62,793 nucleotides of DNA, from assembly GCA_041635475.1 (NCBI GenBank), contig JBFKVA010000001.1, positions 1 to 62,793 of the forward strand, read 5' to 3'. The notes beneath the pieces are model-generated. The model searched no databases. It saw nothing but the letters and a program-made list of their open reading frames with translations, and was not told the origin of the DNA. Position numbers and translations under genes: made by a program. Shown piece by piece: positions 29,092-37,919 of the stretch (position 1 is its first letter; each line of letters starts with the position of its first letter). This DNA comes from Acidimicrobiia bacterium (GTDB lineage Bacteria > Actinomycetota > Acidimicrobiia > Spongiisociales > JAENVV01).

Positions 29092-29577
29092 TCAGCTCTC
29101 GAAGTCCTCCGGGGTGAGGTCCTCGAGGAACTCACGGAAGCGCTCGATCTCCTCCTCCGCGTCCTCCTCCTGGAGTTCGATGCCGGCAGCCTCGATGACA
29201 TCGGAGCTGGCGAAGATCGGCGCCCCGGTCCGCACGGCGAGGGCGATCGCGTCGGACGGCCGGGCCGAGACGTGGACCTCTCCCCCACCGTGGAGCAGGA
29301 CGAGGTCCGCGAAGAAGATCTGGTCGCGCATCTCGGTGACGACGACCCGATCGACGCTGGTTCCCACGGCCTGAAGGACGTCGCGAAGCAGGTCGTGGGT
29401 GAGAGGACGCTCGGGGACGATCCCTTCAAGGGCGTAGGCGATGGCGCTCGCCTCGACGGCGCCGATCCAGATCGGCACATGGCGGGAGCCGGCCTGCTCC
29501 CGAAGCAGGATGATCGGGGTCTGGGACGGGAGTTGGATCCTCACCCCCACCAGCTCGACGGGAACATGCTGTGCCAT
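29092..29577 (-). CDS. Bifunctional nuclease family protein (DUF151, Rv1829-like)
   Basis: PIWIGAVEASAIA, RPLTHDL, SARPSDAIALA, ERFREFLEDLTPEDF. Confidence 0.95.
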   Translation of the reverse strand: MAQHVPVELVGVRIQLPSQTPIILLREQAGSRHVPIWIGAVEASAIAYALEGIVPERPLTHDLLRDVLQAVGTSVDRVVVTEMRDQIFFADLVLLHGGGEVHVSARPSDAIALAVRTGAPIFASSDVIEAAGIELQEEDAEEEIERFREFLEDLTPEDFES

Positions 29578-29589
29578 CCAACGAGCCTA

Positions 29590-30150
29590 TCAGTCCTGCG
29601 TCCGTGCCAGCGAGCGCAGGGCCTCCGGGTTGGCCATGAACCCGGCGAGGTCGACCACGGCCCACAGGTCCGGGAGGTTGCGGAACTGGCCCTCCCAGTC
29701 CATGCCGTAGCCCAGCACGAACTCGTCACCGATGACGAACCCGGCGTGGTCGACCGGGACCGTGACCAGGCGGCGGGTGGCCTTGTCCAGCAGGGCGACA
29801 GTGGTGATCGAGGCCGGGGACCGGGTGTCGAGTTGGGCCAGGAGGGATCGGAGCGTGAGGCCCGTGTCGATGATGTCCTCCACGAGGATCACGTGCCGGC
29901 CGGTGATGTCCACCGACGAGTCGTGGGCGAGCCGCACCCTTCCTCCCTCACCGAAGCGGGTCAGGGCCAGGAAGTCGACTTCGAGGTCACACCGCGTCGC
30001 GCGCACAAGATCCGCCAAGAACGGAAACGAACCGTGGAGGACGCCGAGGAACACCGGATCGAGCCCCGCGAACCGTTCGGTCAGATCATCCCCCAGTTCG
30101 GCCACCCTGGCGGACAGCCGTTCGGCCGGTACGAGCACTTCGGCCGTCAT
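29590..30150 (-). CDS. hpt: Hypoxanthine phosphoribosyltransferase
   Basis: GVLHGSFPFLADL, ILVEDIIDTGLTL PRPP-binding motif, LLDK, FVLGYGMD, RNLP. Confidence 0.9.
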   Translation of the reverse strand: MTAEVLVPAERLSARVAELGDDLTERFAGLDPVFLGVLHGSFPFLADLVRATRCDLEVDFLALTRFGEGGRVRLAHDSSVDITGRHVILVEDIIDTGLTLRSLLAQLDTRSPASITTVALLDKATRRLVTVPVDHAGFVIGDEFVLGYGMDWEGQFRNLPDLWAVVDLAGFMANPEALRSLARTQD

Positions 30151-31265
30151 CGACTGGCACGACCGTCGAGCAACCACCGCACCGCTTCGAGCAGGGTGGG
30201 TAGCTCGGGGAGCGGGCTCGTCGCCACCTCTGTGGTGCCCACCTCTTCACGGCCGAGGCGGGCCACGAGTACCGGGACGCCGTCCCGCAGCTCGGGGAGA
30301 ACGGTGAGTTCGAGGTCGGGCTCAGCGAGCACGTCGACGTCCGCGACCGCCACCGCCGGTGAGTCGTCCCCCTCCGTCACCCGCCGTACGCCGTACTGCA
30401 CGCCCGCCGAGATGGCCGAGTAGAGGCGGTAGTCACGGAACCCGTGGTCGAGAAGGGCAGCGGCGTCCCCGAAGTGATCCTCTGAACCGAGGACGACGGC
30501 GAAGATGGTCCTGTCCCCGCGATGCGCGGCCGCCACCAGGGTGAGGCCGGCTCCGTCCGTGTACCCGGTCTTGACACCAATGGCTCCCTCGTAGGTGCCC
30601 AAGAGCCGGTTGGTGGCGATGACGGGCCGGATTCGACCCTCCCCGTTCTCGGGCAGGACGGCCCGTCGGGTCCGCGCCAGCTCAGCAAACAGTGGGTCCT
30701 GCATGGCGTGGAGGGCGAGAAGGAGAAGGTCGCGGGCGCTGGAGTGGTGGTTCGGTGCATCGAGGCCGTGTGGGTTGGCGAACGAGCTGTTCGACATCCC
30801 CAGTTCGGCGGCTCGCTCGTTCATCATGGCGACGAACCCGCCGACCGACCCGCCGATGTGCTCCGCCACCGCCACCGACGCATCGTTGGCCGAGCGGATG
30901 ATGAGGGCGGTGATGAGTTGGCGCAGGGTGAGGACCTCACCGGGTTCGAGCCCGACCTCTGACTCCCCCACGCCCGCCGCCGCCGACGAGACCCGGACCT
31001 CCTCGTCGAGGTCCCCGCGCTCGATGGCGAGGATCGCCGTCATCATCTTCGTGGTGGAGGCGATCGACCTCACTTCGTCGGCCCCACGCTCGGCCAGGAC
31101 GAGGCCGTAGGTGGCGTCGTAGAGAATCCACGCCTCGGCGCTCACCTCCGGCGGGTCGGGGACGGCCGCGGCACCCACCGGCACACCGGTCGGCACCACG
31201 GCGAGAGCCGGTGAAGCGACGAAGAGCAGCGTGAGGGCGGTGGCGAGGATCCTGCGCATCTTCAA
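30147..31265 (-). CDS. D-alanyl-D-alanine carboxypeptidase (peptidase S11)
   Basis: Signal peptide; SxxK (ASTTK), SAN, NPHGL, KTG motifs. Confidence 0.93.
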   Translation of the reverse strand: MKMRRILATALTLLFVASPALAVVPTGVPVGAAAVPDPPEVSAEAWILYDATYGLVLAERGADEVRSIASTTKMMTAILAIERGDLDEEVRVSSAAAGVGESEVGLEPGEVLTLRQLITALIIRSANDASVAVAEHIGGSVGGFVAMMNERAAELGMSNSSFANPHGLDAPNHHSSARDLLLLALHAMQDPLFAELARTRRAVLPENGEGRIRPVIATNRLLGTYEGAIGVKTGYTDGAGLTLVAAAHRGDRTIFAVVLGSEDHFGDAAALLDHGFRDYRLYSAISAGVQYGVRRVTEGDDSPAVAVADVDVLAEPDLELTVLPELRDGVPVLVARLGREEVGTTEVATSPLPELPTLLEAVRWLLDGRASR

Positions 31266-31891
31266 TCGGTCCGAAGCCGTCCGAACTCCTCTTGGGCGAC
31301 CCCGTCGAGCACGAGACGGACTGCCTGCTCCAGCCGATCCGTCATCTCCCGCCTGGTTGCCTCCCCCGAACGGCCCTTGGCCACGGCGCGGGTGGTGGCC
31401 GCCACTCGCTCGCTCACCTGCTCGACGCCGGACCGCAGGAGGCGAAGGTGGCGAGGCTCCAGTCCGGCCGCGAGCAGTTCCGCCGCCCCGCGGGCAATGA
31501 CGAGGCTGGCCGGCGAGAAGGTGCCGTTGTCCGGGCGGAGAAGCCCGTGGGCGGTGAGGGCGTCCACGGTGGTCACGTCGATCCCGGCCGCGGAGGCCAA
31601 CTCGGCGGTGCCCAGGGGTCCGGGCGGCGCGGGGGCGGTGGTCGATGGAAGCCAGGATTCCATCCGGCGGGCGATGACATCCAGCGGAAGGAACTCGTCG
31701 CGTTGGAGCCGAAGGACTTCCTTGGTCCGCTCAACGCTTTCTCGATCAAAGCGACGGGTCCCTCGCGGCGTCCGCGCGGGGGCGATGAGCCGTCTTGACT
31801 CGAGGTATCTCAGCTTGGACACCGACACGTCGGGGAACTCGGTCCGCAGCTCCTCGACGACCGCCCCGATGCCTTTTGGAGGTTCAGTCAT
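31262..31891 (-). CDS. MerR-family regulator (Rv1828/FtsR-like)
   Basis: IGAVVEELRTEFPDVSVSKLRYLE, RTPRGTRRF, QRDEFLPLDVI, GLEPRHLR. Confidence 0.88.
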   Translation of the reverse strand: MTEPPKGIGAVVEELRTEFPDVSVSKLRYLESRRLIAPARTPRGTRRFDRESVERTKEVLRLQRDEFLPLDVIARRMESWLPSTTAPAPPGPLGTAELASAAGIDVTTVDALTAHGLLRPDNGTFSPASLVIARGAAELLAAGLEPRHLRLLRSGVEQVSERVAATTRAVAKGRSGEATRREMTDRLEQAVRLVLDGVAQEEFGRLRTD

Positions 31892-32327
31892 CGCCCAGGG
31901 CGACGACCAGGTGGAACTTGCCAACGAGGATCCGGGCGCCGGGGGCCAGGGGCGCCCGGTCGACGCGGGTGCCGTCGACGTACGTGCCGTTGGTCGAACC
32001 GGAGTCCTCGAGGGTGATGGCCGACCCGGCGATCGTGATCCGGCAGTGGTGCCGCGAGACGGTCACATCGTCGAGGAAGATGTCGCTCTCGGGATGCCTG
32101 CCGATCGTCGTGATTCCTTCGGCGAGCACGAACGTCATCCCGGTGCGGGGACCCCGTTCGACGACGAGGGCGATACCACCGAGGCCGTCGACGTGGGCGG
32201 CTCGCTCGGCGTCGAGGTGGTCGGCTTCCTTCGTGTACACGACGGTTGGCTCGGTGTCGACGTCGACACAATCGGGACACACCGAAGCACCGGCCGGGAG
32301 CAAGCGGTGGCAGGTCGGGCAGCGCAT
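31884..32327 (-). CDS. garA: Zinc-ribbon plus FHA domain protein (GarA/OdhI-like)
   Basis: CPTC...CPDC; IGRHPESDIFLDDVTVSRHH, GSTNGTYV, GKF; synteny with gcvH and MerR genes. Confidence 0.85.
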   Translation of the reverse strand: MRCPTCHRLLPAGASVCPDCVDVDTEPTVVYTKEADHLDAERAAHVDGLGGIALVVERGPRTGMTFVLAEGITTIGRHPESDIFLDDVTVSRHHCRITIAGSAITLEDSGSTNGTYVDGTRVDRAPLAPGARILVGKFHLVVALGDD

Positions 32328-32383
32328 CGGGCAATCGTAGCTGTGGTCGGGGACTCGGAGGCGGTGCCGGCGCCGGTGGTGGG

Positions 32384-32782
32384 TCAGTCGTCGGAAATGA
32401 CGGCGCCGTACTCGGCCGCGGTGAGCAGGTCGTCGAACTGGCCGGGCTCGGTCATGTCCAGTTCGGCCACCCAGCCCCGGCCGTACGGGTCCTCGTTGAC
32501 GGCCTCGGGTGTGTCCTCGAGCAGTTGGTTGACGGCGACAACGGTGCCTGCCACGGCGGCATAGACCTCGCCGACGGACTTCGTGGACTCGATCTCGGCC
32601 AGGGTGTCCCCGCGGGCGAACGTCGTTCCCACCTTCGGGAGTTCCACGAAGACGATGTCGCCGAGGGCGTCCTGGGCGAAGTCGGTGACGCCGATGCGCA
32701 CCCTCTGTCCACCGGCCGCCTCCGAGACGATCTGGATCCACTCGTGGGCGTCGGTGTAGCGGCGATCGGCTGGCACGGTCAC
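32384..32782 (-). CDS. gcvH: Glycine cleavage system protein H
   Basis: YTDAHEW, GVTDFAQDALGDIVFVELP, ESTKSV (lipoyl Lys), VNEDPYGRGW. Confidence 0.96.
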   Translation of the reverse strand: MTVPADRRYTDAHEWIQIVSEAAGGQRVRIGVTDFAQDALGDIVFVELPKVGTTFARGDTLAEIESTKSVGEVYAAVAGTVVAVNQLLEDTPEAVNEDPYGRGWVAELDMTEPGQFDDLLTAAEYGAVISDD

Positions 32783-33360
32783 TCGGGGGCCTCCTTCGAT
32801 GTCACAACTCTAGAACGGATCTCGGCGAGGTACCCGCCGGCCACCCAGACATACACCACGAGGCTGATCGTGGCGACAACCCACGCGAACACCTCGAAGA
32901 AGGAGGCCATGACACCGGCTGCCGCCAGGTAGAAGGAGGGGACGGCCGAGTAGAGGCCGAACGTGGCGGCCTTCCCCCACCAGCGGACCTGGAGTGTCTC
33001 ACCGGTCTTCGACAGGAGCAGGGAGGCCGCCGCCAGCATCACCACCTCCCTGGTCACGAGGATCACGGTCACCGCGAGTGGAACGATGCCGGCGATCGTT
33101 CCGCCAATCGTCGCGGCCGCCAGCGCAACCCGGTCCGCGATCGGATCGAGGAGCCTCCCCAGCTCGGACTCCTGGTGGAGGAGCCTGGCCAGGGTCCCGT
33201 CGACCCAGTCGGTTGCCCCGATGATCCCAAAGACGAGCGCAGCGGCAACGATCCGCTCCTCACCCAGGAGCAGCCACAGGAAGACCGCGACGCCCCCGAT
33301 CCGAGCGAACGAGATCACATTGGGAATCGTCAGTATCCGCCGGCGCGGATCTGTTGCCAT
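32779..33360 (-). CDS. CDP-alcohol phosphatidyltransferase (PgsA2-like)
   Basis: TIPNVISFAR, TDWVDGTLAR...LGRLLDPIADR, GKAAT. Confidence 0.92.
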   Translation of the reverse strand: MATDPRRRILTIPNVISFARIGGVAVFLWLLLGEERIVAAALVFGIIGATDWVDGTLARLLHQESELGRLLDPIADRVALAAATIGGTIAGIVPLAVTVILVTREVVMLAAASLLLSKTGETLQVRWWGKAATFGLYSAVPSFYLAAAGVMASFFEVFAWVVATISLVVYVWVAGGYLAEIRSRVVTSKEAPE

Positions 33361-33364
33361 GCGC

Positions 33365-34354
33365 TCAGGGAACGAGGTGGCAGGCCACCAGGTGGGCGCC
33401 GCCGCGATCGAGCAACGGTGGGTGATCGGCGGTGGCGCAGGTCTCGTTTGCCATGGGGCAGCGCTCGAGGAACCGGCACTGCGGTGGCGGGTTGATCGCC
33501 TTCGAGATGCCCCCCTTGATGTCCGGGGCCTGCTTCTTGAAGGCCGGATCGGGCACCGGCACTGCCGCCAGCAGGGCCCGCGTGTAGGGGTGGCGGGGGT
33601 TGGACAGCAGTTCCTCGGTGGGAGCCATTTCGACGATCTTGCCGAGGTACATGACCGCGATCCTGTCGCACATGTAGCGGGCGACGGCCAGGTCGTGGGT
33701 GATGTAGAGGTAGGACACCCCGGCGTCGCGGGCCAGGTTGAGCATGAGGTCCATGATCGAGATGCGGATGCTGACGTCGAGCATGGAGGTGGGCTCGTCG
33801 GCCACCACGAAACGCGGGTCGAGGACGAGGGCACGGGCGATGGCGACGCGTTGCCGCTGCCCACCAGAGAGCTCGTGCGGGTACCGGAACAGGAACGTCG
33901 CCGGCGGTGTGAGCCCCACCTTGTGGAGGAGTTCGGCTACCCGCTCTTCTCGCTCGGTCACCGTGCCGATCTTCTGGACGGCCAGGGGTTCGGAGACCGT
34001 GTCGAACACGGTACGTCGGGGATTGAGGGACTCGAAGGGATCCTGGAAGATCATCTGGACATTCCGGCGGAAGTCGCGCATCTCCTCCTTCGGGACATGA
34101 GCGATGTCGAGCTTCCCCTCGCCGATGTCGAGCTCCGCCGTGCCTCCCGTGGCCTCGTCGAGCTTCACGAGGAGCCTCCCCGTGGTCGACTTGCCGCACC
34201 CGGACTCGCCCACGAGGCCGAGTGACTCACCCAGGGCGATCTCGAAGGAGATGTGATCGACGGCGTGGATGAAGTCGGTGGGCGAACGGAACAGGCTCTT
34301 GGAGACCGGGAAGTGCTTTGTGAGGCCCTCGACCTTGAGGAGTGGTTCCGTCAC
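33365..34354 (-). CDS. Oligopeptide/dipeptide ABC transporter ATP-binding protein (OppF-like)
   Basis: GESGCGKST, IFQDP, ELSGGQRQR, VADEPT, HPYT, CRF...ACH. Confidence 0.95.
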   Translation of the reverse strand: MTEPLLKVEGLTKHFPVSKSLFRSPTDFIHAVDHISFEIALGESLGLVGESGCGKSTTGRLLVKLDEATGGTAELDIGEGKLDIAHVPKEEMRDFRRNVQMIFQDPFESLNPRRTVFDTVSEPLAVQKIGTVTEREERVAELLHKVGLTPPATFLFRYPHELSGGQRQRVAIARALVLDPRFVVADEPTSMLDVSIRISIMDLMLNLARDAGVSYLYITHDLAVARYMCDRIAVMYLGKIVEMAPTEELLSNPRHPYTRALLAAVPVPDPAFKKQAPDIKGGISKAINPPPQCRFLERCPMANETCATADHPPLLDRGGAHLVACHLVP

Positions 34355-35385
34355 TTCTGCAGCCCTCCGATCTCGGGGACGTCCTGCCAGTTGAAGCAGG
34401 CGACCGCATGCCCGCCACCGATCTGGGTGAGCACCGGGTCCTCGAGCGAACACCGCTCGGTCGCGAACGGACACCGGGGATGGAAGCGACATCCGGTCGG
34501 CGGATCGATCAGGTTCGGTGGCTCGCCCTCCAGCGGGGCCAGCTTGCGGCGTGGCCCGGTGATCGACGGCGTGGAGCTCAACAGGAGGTAGCTGTACGGG
34601 TGACGGGGCCGGTGGAACACCTCGATCGTGTCCCCGAGCTCCACGAGCTTGCCGGCGTACATCACCCCCATGCGGTCCGTGACCTCGGCGATCACCGCGA
34701 TGTCGTGCGAGATGTAGATGATCGACATCCCGAGCTCGGCTTGGATGTTCTTGAGTTCCTTGAGGATCTGGTCCTGGACGATGACGTCGAGGGCCGTCGT
34801 CGGCTCGTCGGCAATGATGAGCTTCGGGTTGCACGACAGCGCCATGGCGATGACGGCCCGCTGACGCATCCCCCCGGAGAACTCGTGGGGGTAACGATCC
34901 GCCATGAGCGGGTTGAGGCCGACAAGTTCGAAGAGCTGGCCGATCCGCTCGGTCTCCTGGGTGTAGGTGAGGGTCTCGGGCCAGTGGAGGCGGAGCGCTT
35001 CGCGGATCTGGTCACCCACCTTGTACACCGGGTTCCACGAGTTCATGGCCCCCTGGAAGACCATCGCGATGTCCCGCCAGCGGCGCCGGCGCATCTGCTC
35101 CTCCGGGAGTCCCACGATCGACTCCCCGTCGAGCTGGATGTCCCCCGAGATGATTGCGGCGTTGTCGGGAAGGAGTCCCAGGAGGGTGAGGGCGACTGAG
35201 GTCTTGCCGCACCCCGACTCGCCGACGAGGCCGAGGGCCTCGCCGTTGGCCAGGTCGAACGTGATGTTCTCGACGGCCGAGACCCACCCCTCCTTGGTGT
35301 GGTAACGCATGATGACGTCGTCGAGCTTGAGCAGCGTCGTCCCGGCTCGGCCCCCCCGTGATTCGATGTCAAGTGTGTTGGTCAT
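34351..35385 (-). CDS. Oligopeptide/dipeptide ABC transporter ATP-binding protein (OppD-like)
   Basis: GESGCGKT, EFSGGMRQR, IADEPTTALD, GCRFHPRC. Confidence 0.95.
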   Translation of the reverse strand: MTNTLDIESRGGRAGTTLLKLDDVIMRYHTKEGWVSAVENITFDLANGEALGLVGESGCGKTSVALTLLGLLPDNAAIISGDIQLDGESIVGLPEEQMRRRRWRDIAMVFQGAMNSWNPVYKVGDQIREALRLHWPETLTYTQETERIGQLFELVGLNPLMADRYPHEFSGGMRQRAVIAMALSCNPKLIIADEPTTALDVIVQDQILKELKNIQAELGMSIIYISHDIAVIAEVTDRMGVMYAGKLVELGDTIEVFHRPRHPYSYLLLSSTPSITGPRRKLAPLEGEPPNLIDPPTGCRFHPRCPFATERCSLEDPVLTQIGGGHAVACFNWQDVPEIGGLQK

Positions 35386-35400
35386 TCGACTCCTCGTTGG

Positions 35401-36537
35401 TCAGCGGCGTCGGAGCCGGGGATTGACGACTTCGTCCATCGCCCGGGCAACCATGAAGAAGCCGGCTGAGAAGACGGTGATGGCGAGACCTGCGGGCACC
35501 ATGAGCCACCAGACCTTGAGGCCCTGGAGGGTGTATCCCTGGGTGTGGGCGATGTTGATCATGATCCCCCACGAGGCGTCGATGTTGAGCAGCCCCAGGA
35601 ACGAGAGCGTCGCCTCGATGAAGATGGCCCCGGTCACCCCGAACATCATGTAGAGGAAGCTCAGGGGCAGCACGTTGGGAATGATGTGACGGGTGATGAT
35701 GCGCCAGTCGGTTCCCCCCGAGATCCGGGCGGCGTCGATGAACGGTTTCACCTTCACGCTCAGGGCTTGCGATTTAAGGATGATCGCGGTGCCACCCAAG
35801 CCACCGAGCACCCCGATGAGGATCCCCAGCCCCATGAGGCCGATCTGCCAGAACCCCGACATGACGATGAGAAGCGGCAGGAGTGGAATGAGGATCACGA
35901 GGTCCGCCAGGCGCATGAGCAGGGTGTCGATCGTTCCGCCGTAGAACGCGGCCACCGTTCCGACGATGGTTGCCAGGAACACCGAGCTCAGGGCCGCGAT
36001 CGCCCCCAACAAGAACGCCGCCCGCGCCCCGAACAGCAGCTGGCTGAAGATGTCGGCGCCGAACGGGTCCGTTCCCAGCACGTGAGCGTGTTCCACGTCC
36101 CGGAACACCGGCGGGGCCGGATTGGCGAGCGGCACCTCGAGCACGGTACCCACCTCGGGGATGACCGCTCCCGAGCCCATGAGGGCGGCCTCGATCCGGC
36201 CGATCTCCGTGACAGGGTCGGTGACCACGTCGACAACGGTCTTCTCGACGATGATCGAGTCGGCCCCGGCTCGCACGTCGTAGACGTTCTTGCCGCCCTC
36301 CTCGTGACCCTCCCACGCGGTCGCAAGCAGGATCGGGTGGGCCAGGGCCATGATCCCGAAGACCACGATGATGAGGAGGCCGACGACGCCCATCTTGTTG
36401 TCGGAGAACAGCGCCCAGTTCTTACGGAAGCTTCGCCACGCCACCCGCAGGCGGATCCGCCACAACGGGGTTGCGACGATCTCGCCCAGGTCGATGGTCG
36501 GCGTGGAGTCGGGATCGGAGAGAAGGGTGTCCGTCAT
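35401..36537 (-). CDS. Oligopeptide ABC transporter permease (OppC-like)
   Basis: LGTDPFGADI, FIDAARISG, HIIPN, EATLSFLG, SWG, NPRLR. Confidence 0.93.
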   Translation of the reverse strand: MTDTLLSDPDSTPTIDLGEIVATPLWRIRLRVAWRSFRKNWALFSDNKMGVVGLLIIVVFGIMALAHPILLATAWEGHEEGGKNVYDVRAGADSIIVEKTVVDVVTDPVTEIGRIEAALMGSGAVIPEVGTVLEVPLANPAPPVFRDVEHAHVLGTDPFGADIFSQLLFGARAAFLLGAIAALSSVFLATIVGTVAAFYGGTIDTLLMRLADLVILIPLLPLLIVMSGFWQIGLMGLGILIGVLGGLGGTAIILKSQALSVKVKPFIDAARISGGTDWRIITRHIIPNVLPLSFLYMMFGVTGAIFIEATLSFLGLLNIDASWGIMINIAHTQGYTLQGLKVWWLMVPAGLAITVFSAGFFMVARAMDEVVNPRLRRR

Positions 36538-36547
36538 GGTGCTGCTC

Positions 36548-37783
36548 CTAGCCTTGGACCCGGATCCGCGGGTCGAGGAACGCGTAGAGGATGTCGGCGA
36601 TGAGGTGGGCGAGGAGCGAGAGCACCCCGATGATGGCCAGGGCGCCCATCGCCACCGGGATGTCCTCGACGGTGATCGCGGTGAGCAGGGCCCGACCGAT
36701 GCCCGGCCACGAGAAGATCTGCTCGGTGATGACGCCACCGGCGATGACGGTTGCCAGGGCGAGGACAAGCGACGTGGTGACGGGCAGAAGGGCGTTTCGG
36801 GCCGCGTGCTTGTCCCGAATCACCCGGTCCGGAACCCCCTTGGCCCGGGCGGTCAGGATGTAGTCCTCCCGGAGCGTCTCGAGCATCGACGATCGCGTCA
36901 ACAGCGTGGTCCCCGCGTAGTTGACCAGCGTGAGCGTCAGCACGGGGACGATGGTGTGCCACACGATGTCGAAGGCGAACACCGACTCGCTGTGGAAGAT
37001 CCAGTACGCCGACAACCCCACGAACGACACGATGAGGGCCAGCCTGTGAAGCGTCTTGCGTGTTCGTTCGTTCTCGACTCGGCGGTCGGCCAGGTATCGG
37101 AGGGTGCCGTAGACCACGGTGGTCACGATGATCGACAAGAGCATTCCGTTGAAGATGGAGTTGGCGTCCACCCCTGATCCCACCCACCCGGTTGCCGCTT
37201 CGCCTCCCGAGACGCGGCCGAGGGTGTTGGAGACCGAGTTGACCCAGTCCGGCCGGGTCGAGAACGTCAGGGTGATGAACTTCCCGATCGGGAACCACCC
37301 TATCTGGAAGGCAAACAGCCACAGCATGAGGAGGGCGAACCAAGGGTAGAAGACGGTCCAGAAGAAGATGGACGAGGCCATGACGCCCTTTTCCAGGAAC
37401 GTCCCGCGGCGCCACGCCACGACCTTGCCGGTGTAGAAGCCGAGCCAGAACGAAAGCAGGGTGGCGGTGAGGAAGAGGAAGATGGTTCGCGGCAGTGCCT
37501 CGAACAGCATGTCCGACACCTCGCGGGGGAAGGAGTCCCAACTGAAGCCCATGTTGAACGTCGTGTAGTTCTTGAGGTGGTTCCAGAGCTGGATGTGCTT
37601 GGGCTGGTCGAGGCCCAGGTTCTGGATGAGGATTTGCTTGGCCTCGGGTGGAATGTCCGGGTTGCCCACGAACTGGGCGGAGATGTCACCGGGTTGCAGG
37701 TCGAGGATGAGGAACAGCAGGGCGATGAACACGTAGAAGAGCACGATCATCTGGCCCATCCGCTTGGCGATGTACTTCCACAT
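36548..37783 (-). CDS. Oligopeptide ABC transporter permease (OppB-like)
   Basis: MWKYIAKR, LGLDQP, EDYILTARAKG, HAARNA, FSWPGIG, ADILYAFLDPRIR. Confidence 0.94.
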   Translation of the reverse strand: MWKYIAKRMGQMIVLFYVFIALLFLILDLQPGDISAQFVGNPDIPPEAKQILIQNLGLDQPKHIQLWNHLKNYTTFNMGFSWDSFPREVSDMLFEALPRTIFLFLTATLLSFWLGFYTGKVVAWRRGTFLEKGVMASSIFFWTVFYPWFALLMLWLFAFQIGWFPIGKFITLTFSTRPDWVNSVSNTLGRVSGGEAATGWVGSGVDANSIFNGMLLSIIVTTVVYGTLRYLADRRVENERTRKTLHRLALIVSFVGLSAYWIFHSESVFAFDIVWHTIVPVLTLTLVNYAGTTLLTRSSMLETLREDYILTARAKGVPDRVIRDKHAARNALLPVTTSLVLALATVIAGGVITEQIFSWPGIGRALLTAITVEDIPVAMGALAIIGVLSLLAHLIADILYAFLDPRIRVQG

Positions 37784-37866
37784 GTGTGTCTGATCGCTCC
37801 TCGAAAGGGGGGGAGTTGGGGCACCCTAGCAGTGCGCTCGGCTCCGCCGGGGAAGGGTGGGGATGT

Positions 37867-37896
37867 GTGGAGGGGGCGCCGGAGCGCCCCCTCCAC
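37867..37896 (-). terminator. Intercistronic stem-loop after the solute-binding protein gene
   Basis: GTGGAGGGGGCGC-CGGA-GCGCCCCCTCCAC, perfect 13-bp stem. Confidence 0.75.
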
Positions 37897-37919
37897 GGTT
37901 ACTGCGTGAGCAGGTTCCG

